Below, in pieces: positions 1 through 14,339 of a stretch of DNA of 64,000 nucleotides. Below the pieces are notes generated by a model. The model made no database searches, had not been told where the DNA came from, and saw only the letters and a list, made by a program, of their open reading frames with translations. This DNA is from Octopus sinensis (Eukaryota), in assembly GCF_006345805.1 (NCBI RefSeq), contig NC_043000.1:18352001-18416000 (forward strand), given 5' to 3'. Position 1 is the first letter of the stretch; each line of letters opens with the position of its first letter. The position numbers and the translations under genes were made by a program.

Positions 1-1250
<1,250 letters not shown>

Positions 1251-1261
1251 TATTATATAAG

Positions 1262-1475
1262 ATGGTGAGCTGGCAGAATTGTTAACATGCTGGACGAAAC
1301 GCTTAGCAGTATTTCACCCATTGCTACATTCTGAGTTCAAATTCTGTCAAGGTCAATGTTGCTTTTCATCCTTTTGGGGGTTGATAAATTAAGTACCAGT
1401 GAAATTCTGGTGTTGATTTTATCAACTAGTTTCATCCGTCAGAATTTCAGGCCTTGGGCCTATAGTAGAAAGGAT
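1262..1475 (+). mobile_element. tRNA-headed SINE family C, alternative-tail variant
   Basis: gagctggcagaa head, B-box-like gagttcaaatt, tail ttcaggccttg..tagtagaaagg. Confidence 0.7.
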
Positions 1476-1567
1476 TATTTTCATCATCATCATCATCATC
1501 ATCATCGTCGTTGTTGTTGTTGTTGATGTTTTTGTTGTTAAGTTGGGGAGCTAGTAGAATTGTTAGC

Positions 1568-1725
1568 AGGAGTGGCTGTGTGGTAGGAAGCTTGCTTCCC
1601 AACCACATGGTTCCAGGTTCAGTCCCACTGCATGGCACCTTGGGTAAATGTCTGCTACTATTGCCTCAGGCCAACCAAAGCCTTGTGAGTGGATTTGGAA
1701 GATGGAAACTGAAAGAAGCCCATCA
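1568..1725 (+). mobile_element. SINE family B, 5' part
   Basis: gcaggagtggctgtgtggtag..ggttcagtccc..caccttggg, matching the full copies elsewhere in the window. Confidence 0.75.
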
Positions 1726-1869
1726 AGTATCACTAACATTGTTTAAAATAATGTTAATAATAAAGTGGCTTGCAAGTTTAGACATTTATAGGTCTATCTA
1801 TAAATAAAATACAGAAGGCTATGAACAGAGCTGTTGCTCTATACCACAATTTACTCACTATAAAAATAC

Positions 1870-2490
1870 ACACGGTGGATGTGATAAACATAAGAAGGCC
1901 GAGGGTGTCTTGGCATCACTCAGCAAGACTTTTGTTAGCCGCTCTCCAGCCATCTATTTAAAACTGTATACAGCTATGGTATGACCACACTTGGAATTCA
2001 CATCGTCAGTTTGGAACCCCTATCTTGCTCAGAACATTGACCTCCTGGAATCTGTCCAGAGACGTGCAACCAAATGCATACCCTCCATCAGACACCTACC
2101 ATATTCTGATCGCCTTGTTTCCCTGGGCATGGATTCACTGAAGCTCCGGCGTCTGGCGACGGACTTGGTAAACACCCACAAAGTTATCAACCACCTCACC
2201 AACAACAACACTGAACACCTTTTTGATCTCCATGTGTCTAACACACGTGGACATGCCTAAAAAGTCAGAAAACAACATAGCTCCCATGACTTTCGGAAAC
2301 ATTTTTTCACGCTCAGAGTTGCTGAAGCATGGAATAAACTGCCTGCGTCAGTTGTTGACTGCCACGACACTGCATCCTTTAAGGCCCTCATGCTTTCCGA
2401 AATCCGCCGAAACTACACCTGATTATATATACACTTTAGATGAGTTGTAGTGCACCTGAGCACTGTACACAATTATTATTATTATTATTA
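1870..2490 (+). mobile_element. CR1-clade LINE 3' fragment (RT C-terminus, 3'UTR, (ATT)n tail)
   Basis: LEFTSSVWNPY..LLESVQRRATKCIP..YSDRLVSLGMDSLKLRRLATDL..TRGH, a typical CR1 ORF2 end; ends attattattatt. Confidence 0.85.
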
Positions 2491-2689
2491 TAACAGACAC
2501 AAGCTTACCTTGCATAGAATACCTAAGTAAGGATGTGTATATTCCAGGATCTATAGATTTTGTTTTGTGTATTTAAAAAATACTTAAGTTCATCAGCTGG
2601 ACCCAACACATAATATGCAATTTCTGAAATATTCATCACATTAACACTGTGTGCGTTCTTACATTTAGATGCCCCGCGTCTTTCAGTAT

Positions 2690-3456
2690 ATGTTTGTGTG
2701 TCTGTGTTTGTCCCCCAACCATTGCTTGACAACTAAGCAGTTTGGGGAAAGAAACCAATAGAATATGTACTAGGCTTACAAAGAATAAGTCCTGGGGTCG
2801 TTTGTGTATATGTTTGTATATCTGTGTTTGTCCCCACCAACATCGCTTGACAACTGATGCTGGTGTGTTTACGTCCCTGTAACTATGCGGTTCGGCAAAA
2901 GAGACCGATAGAATAAGTACTGGGCTTACAAAGAATAAGTCCTGGGGTCGATTTGCTCGACTAAAGGCGGTGCCCCAGCATTGCCACAGTCAAATGACTA
3001 GAACAAGTTAAAGAATAAAAGAATAAAATGTTTAGCAGCATAGGCGCAGGAGTGACTGTGTGGTAAGTAGCTTGCTAACCAACCACATGGTTCCGGGTTC
3101 AGTCCCACTGCATGGCATCTTGGGCAAGTGTCTTCTGCTATAGCCCCGGGCCGACCAATGCCTTGTGAGTGGATTTGGCAGACGGAAACTGAAAGAAGCC
3201 TGTCGTATATATGTATATATATATATAAGTGTGTGTGTATATGTTTGTCCCCCTAGCATTGCTTGACAACTGATGCTGGTGTGTTTACGTCCCTGTAACT
3301 TAGCGGTTCAGCAAAAGAGACCGATAGAATAAGTACTGGGCTTACAACGAATAAGTCCTGGGTCGATTTGCTCGACTAAAGGCGTTGCTCCAGCATGACC
3401 ACAGTCAAATGACTGAAACAAGTTAAAGAATAAAAGAATAAAATGTTTAGCAGCAT
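2690..3456 (+). mobile_element. SINE family B cluster: partial 3' copies (2690-3041) followed by a full copy (3042-3456)
   Basis: Matches other B copies; 40-bp direct repeat at 3002-3041 and 3417-3456. Confidence 0.85.
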
Positions 3457-3689
3457 TTCTTCTGGTTCTTTTCATTCTGAGTTCAAATCTTACCAAGGTC
3501 AGCTTTGCGTTTCATCCTTTCTGGATCAATAATATAAAGTACCGGTCAAGTACTCCGATTGATAGTATCAACTTACTTTCTCCCATCAAAATTGCTTGCC
3601 TTCCAGTCTAAATTAAAAACACCACTTGTTGTTGCTGTTGTTGTTATTGTTGTTGTTATGGTAATTGTAATTGTAGTTGGTCTTGTTGC

Positions 3690-4418
3690 TGTTGTGGTGG
3701 TGGTAGTAGTAGTAGTAGTAGTGGTGGTGGTGGTGGTGGTGATGGTGATGGTGGTGGTAGTAGTAGTGGTGGTGGTGGTGGTGATGGTGGTGGTGGTGGT
3801 AGTAGTAGTGGTGGTGGTGGTGGTGGTGGTGGTGGTGGTGGTGGTGGTGGTGGTAGTAGTAGTAGTGGTGGTGGTGGTGGTGATGGTGGTGGTGGTGGTA
3901 GTAGTAGTGGTGGTGGTGGTGGTGGTGGTGGTGGTGGTGGTAGTAGTAGTGGTGGTGGTGTGGTGGTGGGGTGGTGGTGGCGGCGGTGGTGGCGGTGGTG
4001 GTGGTGGTGGTGGTAGTTGTAGTGGTGGTGGTGGTGGTGGTGGTGGTGGTGGTGGTGGGGTGGTGGTGGTGGTGGTGGTGGTGGTGGTGGTAGTAGTAGT
4101 AGTGGTGGTGGTGGTGGTGATGGTGGTGGTGGTGGTAGTAGTAGTGGTGGTGGTGGTGGTGGTGGTGGTGGTGGTAGTAGTAGTGGTGGTGGTGTGGTGG
4201 TGGTGGTGGTGGTGGCGGCGGTGGTGGCGGTGGTGGTGGTGGTGGTGGTAGTTGTAGTGGTGGTGGTGGTGGTGGTGGTGGTGGTGGTGGTGGTGGTGGT
4301 GGTGGTGGTGGCGGTGGTGGTGGTGGTGGTGGTAGTAGTAGTAGTAGTGGTGGTGGCGGTGGTAGTAGTAGTAGTAGTGGTGGTGGTGGCGGTGGTAGTA
4401 GTAGTAGTAGTAGTGGTG

Positions 4419-4449
<31 letters not shown>

Positions 4450-4545
4450 CAGTAGTAGTTGTAGTAGTAGTAGTAGTGGTGGTGGTGGTGGTAGTGGTGG
4501 TGGTGGTGGTGGTGGTGGTAGTAGTAGTAGTAGTAGTTGTTGTTA
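3690..4545. repeat. (GTG)n/(GTA)n compound microsatellite
   Basis: Direct reading; source of the poly-V/H/T/P ORFs. Confidence 0.95.
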
Positions 4546-4809
4546 TATATTGTGTTGCCCACTGGATGCTATAAAACCTGGTTGGAATAATTAACATCTT
4601 GAGTAAATATGGCAGGAGGACAGCTGTTGTTATGATAAGGATTTGTGGTTGGTGGAGGGAGAGGAGAGATATCAGATGAGAGGGGAAGAGAATGAAGAGG
4701 AAGCAGGGGAGAGAGAGAGAGAGAGAGAGAGAGAAAGAAAGAGTAGGAAAAAGAAAAATAATGAGGACTAGTGATAAAGGAAAGGAAGAAGAGAACAATA
4801 ATAGTAGTC

Positions 4810-5340
<531 letters not shown>

Positions 5341-5629
5341 TCTATGATTGCAACTTTTGCTTACATCAGGCAAGTATCCATTTCCATTATCAGTGTCCTA
5401 AGTCCACCTGTAGTTGTGGTTTGTGGCACCACTGCCCTCAATCAGGGGCTTTACAATAGGAAGAGAAGAATAAAGAGAAATTTGAAGGGAGAGAGAGAGA
5501 GAGAGAAGCAAGAGGGAGAAAGGATGAAAGGGAGAGAGGAAGAAGAGATAAAAAAAGGAATGTAGAGAAAGGAGAGTGGAGAAAATGAAATAGAGAAAGT
5601 GGCTGATAGACAGCAAAAAAGAAAAAAAA

Positions 5630-5715
5630 ATGAAGATAGATAGATAGATAGATAGATAGATAAACAGACAGACATACAGTAAGACAGACAGACAGGCAAG
5701 TAGGTAGGTATGTAG

Positions 5716-5783
<68 letters not shown>

Positions 5784-5785
5784 GA

Positions 5786-5847
<62 letters not shown>

Positions 5848-5873
5848 GAATAGATGGATAGATGGATAGATAA

Positions 5874-5912
<39 letters not shown>

Positions 5913-5913
5913 C

Positions 5914-5952
<39 letters not shown>
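5630..5952. repeat. (GATA)n and (GA)n microsatellites
   Basis: Direct reading. Confidence 0.95.
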
Positions 5953-6410
5953 AGGGGTGGAAGCAGAAGAAGTAGGGATAGAAATTGGCCAAGAGAAAGT
6001 CATGAGGGAATTAAACAAGGCCATCAGACACAGCAGAGGTACATGGAAGGGTCTGTTGAAAATGGTATTTATCTGTGAGTTTTAGAAAAGCATTGTTCGT
6101 GTAATGAAACAATTTTTTGGAGTCTATTGAGAATAGATATTATCGATTAGGGATGACATTGGTTGTATCAAGAGACGACTAATCAATAAATCATTAATTA
6201 TTTACACCAGGTATTGTATTTAATAACAGGAGCATTTGGAATCTGAACAAAAAAGTTATTGTTCAATGTTGTTGCCACAATTTAATGTTGTACTGCAGGT
6301 TGATGTTCTTGTTGTTAGTGTTTTTTTTTTTGTTAATGTTCTTGTCCCAGCCCCTCCCAGATAGCCCTTATAAAGCTGATATATACTCAAAAGCATTCTA
6401 GGAATTCTTT

Positions 6411-6763
6411 GACCGATTCCAACCCCGCCTCGAATAGCTTCCGTGCAGGTGGCACATAAAAAGCACCATCTGAACGTGGCCGATGCCAGCACCGCCTCGA
6501 CTGGCTTCTGTACCGGTGGCACATAAAAAGCACCAACCGATCGTGGCCGATGCCAGACCCCTCTGGCACCTGTGCAGGTGGCACGTAAAAAGCACCCACT
6601 ACACTCGCGGAGCGGTTGGCGTTAGGAAGGGCATCCAGCTGTAGAAACACTGCCAGATCAGACTGGAGCCTGGAGCAGCCCCTGGCTCCCCAGACCCCGG
6701 TCAAACCGTCCAACCCATGCTAGCATGGAGAACGGACGTTAAATGATGATGATGATGATGATG
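6411..6763 (+). mobile_element. (GAT)n-tailed LINE 3' end with 28-bp TSD
   Basis: atactcaaaagcattctaggaattcttt at 6383-6410 and 6764-6791 flanks the element. Confidence 0.9.
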
Positions 6764-6959
6764 ATACTCAAAAGCATTCTAGGAATTCTTTTGATTATAT
6801 CTTAAGAAAAATTTTGGCCAATGTGTCTAAGGTGATTTGAGGAAGATTTAGCTGCTATTTCTAGATGGTCAAGAGCCCCACGGAAATCTGAATGTTAATC
6901 AATTTTAGGAACATCTAGGATTACGTTATACATTGTTTCAATATCATTTATAAATAATA

Positions 6960-7378
6960 GGTGCAGGAGTGGCTGTGTGGTAAGTAGCTTGCTAACCAAC
7001 CACATGGTTCCTGGTTCAGGCCCACTGCGTGGCACCTTGGGCAAGTGTCTTCTGCTATAGCCCCGGGCCGACCAATGCCTTGTGAGTGGATTTGGTAGAC
7101 GGAAACTGAAAGAAGCCTGTCGTATATATGTATATATATAAGTGTGTGTGTATATGTTTGTGTGTCTGTGTTTGTCCCCCTAGCATTGCTTGACAACTGA
7201 TGCTGGTGTGTTTACGTCCCCGTCACTTAGCGGTTCGGCAAAAGAGACCGATAGAATAAGTACTGGGCTTACAAAAGAATAAGTCCCGGGGTCGATTTGC
7301 TTGACTAAAGGTGGTGCTCCAGCATGGCTGCAGTCAAATGACTGAAACAAGTAAAAGAGTAAAAGAGTAAAAAGAGTA
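6960..7378 (+). mobile_element. SINE family B, full length (tRNA-like head, MIR/CORE-like motif, central (TA/TG)n, (AAAGAGT)n tail)
   Basis: A-box tggctgtgtggt, B-box ggttcag, caccttgggcaagtgtctt motif, tail gtaaaagagtaaaagagt. Confidence 0.9.
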
Positions 7379-7711
7379 ATACAGTGAGATTTGAAGAAGA
7401 TTTGGTTGCTATTTCTAGCAGTCCATTGACTGCATAAAGGCTCCCGGTGTTGCGACGATGATTGCAGTGGTGATAGTCACAATGATAGTATTTATGTTGT
7501 TGCTGTTGTTTAGCTCCAGCTCAGTTCTGAAAAAGCAAATCTATGATCAAAAGCATTCCAGTCTTGACTGTCCCATCGTTTTGTAACATGAGAAAATTCA
7601 GCTGCTATTTCTAGCAGGACCAACATGTACATAGAGGCTCCCTTATTTTCTTGCTCATGTTTTTATGGTTGTTGTTGTGTACCTTTTACCTCAGATATGC
7701 TCTGATTGAGC

Positions 7712-8135
7712 ACTCTCTCTTTTACTCTTTTACTCTTTTACTTGTTTCAGTCATTTGACTGTGGCCGGCCATGCTGGAGCACCGCCTTTAGTCAAGCAAA
7801 TCGACCCCGGGACTTATTCTTTGTAAGCCCAGTACTTATTCTATCGGTCTCTTTTGCCGAACCGCTAAGTGACGGGGACGTAAACACACCAGCATCAGTT
7901 GTCAAGCAATGCTAGGGGGACAAACACAGACACACAAACATATACACACACACTTATATATATATATATATATATATATATACGACAGGCTTCTTTCAGT
8001 TTCCGTCTACCAAATCCACTCACAAGGCATTGGTCGGCCCGGGGCTATAGCAGAAGACACTTGCCCAAGTTGCCACGCAATGGGACTGAACCCGGAACCA
8101 TGTGGTTGGTTAGCAAGCTACTTACCACACAGCCA
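7712..8135 (-). mobile_element. SINE family B, full length
   Basis: Reverse complement is near-identical to 6960-7378. Confidence 0.9.
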
Positions 8136-8556
8136 CTCCTGCGCCTTTTACTCTTTTATTCTTTTACTTGTTTCAGTCATTTGACTGTGGCCATGCTGGA
8201 GCACCGCCTTTAGTCAAGCAAATCAACCCCAGGACTTATTCTTTGGAAGCCTAGTCCTTATCTCTTTTGCCGAACCACTAAGTTACGGGGACGCAAACGC
8301 ACCAACATCGGTTGTCAAGCGATGTTGGGGGGGGGGACAAACACAGACACACAAACAACATACACACACATACATACACATATATATTTACATATATACA
8401 ACGGGCTTCTTTCAGTTTCCATCTACCAAATCCACTCACAAGGCTTTGGTCGGCCCGAGGCTATAGTAGAAGACACTTGCCCAAGGTGCCACGCAGTGGG
8501 ACTGAACCTGGAACCATGTGGTTGGTAAGCAAGCTACTTACCACACAGCCACTCCT
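8136..8556 (-). mobile_element. SINE family B, full length, head-to-tail with the previous copy
   Basis: Same head, body and tail motifs. Confidence 0.85.
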
Positions 8557-8632
8557 AGTGTAATAAAATTTTTATTCGTTTTCGTCTTTGATGGGTAAGT
8601 ATTATTTCCTATTTGTTGCTATCTAGAAATCA

Positions 8633-8995
8633 TCATCATCATCATCATCATCATCGTTTAACGTCCGTTCTCCATGCTAGCATGGGTTGGACGGTTCGAC
8701 CGGTGATCTGGGAAGCCAGAAGGCTGCACCAGGCTCCGGTCTTATCTGGCAATGTTTCTACAGCTGGATGCCCTTCCTAACGCCAACCACTCTGTGAGTG
8801 TAGTGGGTGCTTTTTACGTGCCACCTGCACTGGTGCCAGGCGAGGCTGGCATCGGCCACGGTCGGATTGGTGCATTTTACGTGCCACCTGCACGGAAGCC
8901 AGTCAAGGCGGCACTGGCTTCGGCCACGATTCGGATGGTGCTTGTTACGTGCCACCGACACGGAAGCCAGTTGAGGCGGCGCTGGCATCGGCAAA
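8633..8995 (-). mobile_element. (GAT)n-tailed LINE 3' end, young subfamily
   Basis: catcatc..gtttaacgtccgttctccatgctagc..ctggatgcccttcc; near-identical to 54410-54740. Confidence 0.85.
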
Positions 8996-9107
8996 AATTA
9001 CAACTATGCTCTTCAAACTTTACTTTTGTGACCTGGACATGAATGCTTTGAAACTGACATATTTTCCATTACATTTCAGACAGATTCAGCACTGAGTTGG
9101 TGAATGA

Positions 9108-9510
9108 GAAATACCTATTTCTTTACTACCCACAAGGGGCTAAACATAGAGGAGACAAACAAGGACAGACAAACAGATCAAGTCGATTATATCGACTCCA
9201 GTGCGTAACTGGTATTTATTTAATTGACCCCGAAAGGAATGAAAGGCAAAGTCAACCTCGGCGGAATTTGAACTCAGAACGTAACGGCAGACGAAATACC
9301 TATTTCTTTACTACCCACAAGGGGCTAAACATAGAGGAGACAAACAAGGACAGACAAACAGATCAAGTCGATTATATCGACTCCAGTGCATAACTGGTAT
9401 TTATTTAATCGACCCCGAAAGGAATGAAAGGCAAAGTCAACCTCGGCAGAATTTGAACTCAGAATGTAACGGCAGACGAAATACTGCTAAGCATTTGGCC
9501 CGGCGTGCTG
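9108..9510 (-). mobile_element. SINE family C dimer (head + 2 body units)
   Basis: Two ~184-bp units joined at gacgaaatacc|tatttctttac (9290-9310). Confidence 0.85.
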
Positions 9511-9924
9511 AAATATCATTGTAGCAAATATTCTGCTCAATATCACAGATATACTTGTCAGTTACTTGACCATAACCACTTGAGCATGTTTCATGTTTTC
9601 AGAGGCTGACAATGTTAGCATCTCTGATCATGAGCAGGAGTAGTTGGGGAGCATCCTAGCCGTGTGTTGAGAGGGATTCTTAAGGGTTTTGATAAATATA
9701 ACAAAAGCAAAGTTTGAAGGAAATAGCTATTTTTCATACTTTCTAGGGGTAAGCAAATAAGATATAACAGCTGCTACACAAGGACAAAAATTGTGTTACA
9801 CAGTGTAATCAAAAACTTTCCACCATGACCCTCCCCCATTGTTTTGTATAAGACAGTCATATGATGTGAGAAAATTCAACTGTTGTTTCTAGCAGGGCCA
9901 GCAACCATATAAAGGCTCCCTCTT

Positions 9925-10335
9925 TATCTTACTCTTTTTACTCGTTAACTCTTTTAATTGTTTCAGTCATTTGACTGTGGCCATGCTGGAGCACCGCCTT
10001 TAGTCGAGCAAATCAACCCCAGGACTTATTCTTTGTAAGCCTAGTACTTATTCTATTGGTCACTTTTGTCGAACCACTAAGTTACAGGGACATAAACACA
10101 CCAGCATCTGTTGTCAAGCGAAGTTGGGGGGACAAACACAGACACACAAACACACACACACACATATATACGATGGACTTCTTTCAGTTTCTGTCAACCA
10201 AATCCATTCATAAGGCTTTGGTCAGCCTGAGGCTATAGTAGAAGACACTTCCCAAGGTGCCACACAGTGGGAATGAACCCAGAACCATGTGGCTGGTAAG
10301 CAAGCTACTTATCACACAGCCACTCCTGCGCCTAT
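9925..10335 (-). mobile_element. SINE family B
   Basis: Full motif set on the minus strand. Confidence 0.85.
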
Positions 10336-10954
10336 CTTTTTTTATTTCATTTAGTTTCAGCTCATGAGCTGTGGCCATGCTGGGGCACCGCCTTGTTCAT
10401 ATTTTTATTATTGTTTAGACACAAAGTTAACCCTGATCAAGAAGACCAATGATCAAATGCATTCCAGCCATGCCTCTCCATCCACCTTTTTTCTCCTGCA
10501 CGGGGGAACTCAGGACTATGTTATCCAATGTGTTTCCTTTTCTTAAGATGATGAAAGGGATGACTTGAGGGAGATTTCACTCTTGTTTCTAGCAAGATGA
10601 GGCTCCTACACTGACTTGATGTTGGTGGTGGTGGTCATGGGTGAATAATAGAAACCGGTGCTGTTGTGACGGTAGTGATGGTAGTGATCATGATGGTGGC
10701 AGTAGAAGTGGTGATGGTAGTGGAAGTGGTAGTGATGGTAAGGATGGTAGTTAGGGTGGTGGTGATGGTGGTGGTGGTGGTGGTGGTGGTGTGGTGGTGG
10801 TGGTGGTGGTGGTGGCAGTGGCAGTAATAATGAGGGGGTTTTTTTGTGTGAGATGTTTCACTTGTTTCTTTTTTGTTTGTTTGTTTGTTATTTTTGTAAT
10901 TGTAAAGATATGGAGTAAGAGCAGTTACAATAATTAACTTGACTGATAACAGCA

Positions 10955-10998
10955 AACTCACACACACACACCACCACCACCACCATCACCACACACAC

Positions 10999-11030
<32 letters not shown>

Positions 11031-11210
11031 TCTCTCTCACACACTCACACACACACAACACACACACAACACAACACACACACACACACCACCACCATCA
11101 CACACACACACACACACACACACTCTCTCTCTCTCTCTCTCTTTCACACACACACACATACACACTCTCTCTCTCTCAAACTCTCTCACACACACACACA
11201 CACACAGATC
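10955..11210. repeat. (CA)n/(CT)n compound microsatellite
   Basis: Direct reading. Confidence 0.9.
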
Positions 11211-11386
11211 AGATCAGATCAGATACATCAAGCATACATACATACATAATTACTGTTGCAGACCTGAAATCCCATATATAATGCATAATGTTATTTAGCA
11301 CCAGATCAACCTTCATTGAATGCCCAACATCATATCTATAACCACCAGACATATCTATAACACATAATAACAGGTCGGGAAGGATG

Positions 11387-11426
<40 letters not shown>

Positions 11427-11605
11427 TTAGTGGTGATCAGCAGTGCTCAAAACATATGCAGAGTTGGAAACACTGGGAACACACAGAAGCCTCCACATCA
11501 ATCATGTGAAGCAAATTGTGACCTGTAGAACTTTCTGAATGGCATGCCAATGGAAGATTATTGTGTATTATTTTAGTAGTGCAGCCTACCAAATCATGAG
11601 CTATG

Positions 11606-11770
11606 TACCTATTTCTTTACTACCCACAAGGGGCTAAGCACAGAGAGGACAAACAAGGACAGACAAACGGATTAAGTTGATTATATCAACCCCAGTGGTC
11701 CTTAATTTATCGACCCCGAAAGGATGAAAGGCAAAGTCAACCTCGGTGGAATTTGAACTCAGAACGTAAT
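11606..11770 (-). mobile_element. SINE family C body
   Basis: cctatttctttactacccacaagggg..gaatttgaactcagaacg. Confidence 0.8.
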
Positions 11771-12039
11771 CATAAGCTATGTACCATACGACCTGCATCT
11801 TCGAAAAGGTTGCCCATGCCTGCTCTACATGGTCGCTCACTCTGCTAGAAATAACAGTCAAAACGTCCCCCAATTCTTTTCATTTTTAAAAAAGGCCATA
11901 TTTGATAATGTAGTGCTAGAAATGCCATATTTGAATAAGAGACAGAAAAATTATCATGATTGGAATGTTGTTAATTATAGCTTTGCTTGCTCAGGCTCAA
12001 ACTGAATCTAGACAACAGCAACAACAACAACATCATTAT

Positions 12040-12392
12040 TAGAGTCTGGCAGTGGTATGCAAAAAGCACTCTTTGAACTTTGGACCTCATGGAGGCAGTG
12101 ACACTTGACTGAAACCTTTGGCAATATACTGTACTTGCAAAGACCTGTCAAGCCAAGTGAGATCTCCGTCATGGCAATGCTGGTGTTTTGTAACTGGCAC
12201 CCTCAAAAAGCACCCACAACACTCTCACAGTGGTTTACATTAGGAAGGGTACCCAACTGTAGAAAGCATGCCAAATCAGATTGGAAACTGATGCAGCTCC
12301 CCAACTTGCCAGTTTTCAGTCAAACCATCCAACCCATGCCAGCATGGAAAACAGACGTTAAATGATAACGATGGTGATGATGATGATGATGA
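12040..12392 (+). mobile_element. (GAT)n-tailed LINE 3' end, diverged
   Basis: aggaagggtaccc..ccatgccagcatggaaaacagacgttaaatgat..gatgat. Confidence 0.7.
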
Positions 12393-13377
12393 CTCCCATA
12401 TTGATGAAATGAATGTGGTTAATATTCAGCTTCAGTTTCTGCAGAAAAGGAGTTCCAAAGGATTTTAAGTTCTTTGGAGAAAGGATTGGAAAAAGTGTTT
12501 TTAGTGTAGAGTTTTATGGATGAGACACAATGGGTAAACTGGAAAGGAAAGGAAAGAAAATAATGTGGCAGACCATACAAGTTAACTCTATTCCTTCAGA
12601 GCTTTTACATGGCTGAATTTTCCAGAGTTCAAAACGTTAGACTTTCCATTCCCAGGGCCTCTGAGAGAGATTTTGCATGATGGAACTTATGGATGCTGGA
12701 GAATTTCCTCTTGAAATTGAAAAAGCAATCAGGTTTTTTTTTGTTTGGAATGGCCAATGTTCTTCATGATGGTATTAGAATGAGTGTAGAAGTGGTCTTT
12801 GGGCTGACCTGACATAATGATGGTAGTTGTAGCTTTGGACAAAAATTCAGACTTCATATGTGGTAGTTGGTCAGTTAGAAAACAAAGCCGTTTAATCAAA
12901 GGTTGAGGATGTATATAGAGTAGTGTAGAAAATATTGATGATCTTGTAAACATTGTGCTTATTCGATAAGGCTGGCTATATCTGTAAACATGTACCTATG
13001 GTGTTCAGTCAGAAGAAGGCTGTTTGATTTGTAGCTGTTCATTATTAATATGGTTATATGTTTGAGTGTCAGGGTCACTAATGCATAAAATAAATGGAAG
13101 AGAGCTGGCGAAGATTAAATTTATAAACATGAGCTGTCCAATCAGGTTGAGGTCATCAATATGGTAAATAAAGACGCACAGGAATAACAACAATAAAGTT
13201 ATACATTTATATTTTCTTTCATTTTCTCCCTGCTACATGAAAGAGACCTCTTTTGGTGAAATGTAACTATTATGTCAGAGTAGTAAAACAAAACATATTC
13301 TTCCAAAGATTGTAAAGTATAAACTTAAAAATGAACAGTTGTTTATGCATATAAAAACCACAAATTTTATATTATAA

Positions 13378-13795
13378 CATCATCATCATCATCGTCATTT
13401 AGCGTCTGCTTTCCATGCTAGCATGGGTTGGACGGTTCAACTGGGGTCTGGGAAGTCAGAAGGCTGCATCAGGCTCAGTCTGATCTGGCAGAGTTTCTAT
13501 GGCTGGATGCCCTTCCTAACGCCAACCACTCCGTGAGTGTAGTGGGTGCTTTTTACGTGCCACCCGCACAGGTGCCAGACGGGGCTGGCAAAACGGCCAC
13601 GGACGGATAGTGCTTTTTACGTGCCACCGGCACAGGGGCCAGGCGAGGCTGGCAACGGCCACGAACGGATTGGATGGTTCGCTTACTTGTCACCGGCACT
13701 GGTATCACAGCTGCAATTTCCATTGATGTTGATCGACTTCGATTTTGGTTCTGCTTTCTGATATCTGATATGATTTGATTTGATTTTGATTTTGA
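13378..13795 (-). mobile_element. (GAT)n-tailed LINE 3' end
   Basis: Family motifs on the minus strand. Confidence 0.8.
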
Positions 13796-14339
13796 TTAGT
13801 GAAATAAAAGTGTACAGACACAAATGTGCTAGTAGGATATGTATTATACATATGTATGTGTTTGTAATGTCAACAGTGTGATTTATGTCTTGTAGAAAAT
13901 GAAGTATGTATATTTATAAATTTAGCATTCCTTTGTAGTGTCACATGCAATGCCAGTGAATAATACAGCTGAGGTAAACAGAATATTTGTAACCTGGCAG
14001 AAATAGATATACAGCAATTGATTCCTCATTCAGCTTAATGTGTCTTGTTTAAGATGGTTAAAAATGTGAGTGGAAAACTGGTTATTCTGGGATATGGTAG
14101 AAAAAAAAGAGTCAAGCAAAAGCTTGGAAACAGAGGCACCAACTTGCTAATATTTATCTTGGATAAGTATACTTATCCAAGATAGAAAATGGGCAGAAAG
14201 TAACTGTTTTACACTTTGTTTTTGTAGCCAAAATAAAACCAATAAATAATAGTGATAAGCAAAACTTCACCTGGTTATATGTGGCCCTGAAAAAGTCGTC
14301 ATCAATAAAAAAAAAAGCATAATTATTAAATATGAAAAT

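Noticed and set aside
3559-4798. Long ORFs of 230-380 aa (poly-V/H/T/P) and similar ORFs at 17-18 kb, 30-31 kb, 39 kb, 50 kb and 57-58 kb
   Set aside because: They are stop-free translations of tri/tetranucleotide microsatellites, open in several frames at once.
12440-12990. Possible decayed coding sequence
   Set aside because: No motif could be recognised in any frame.
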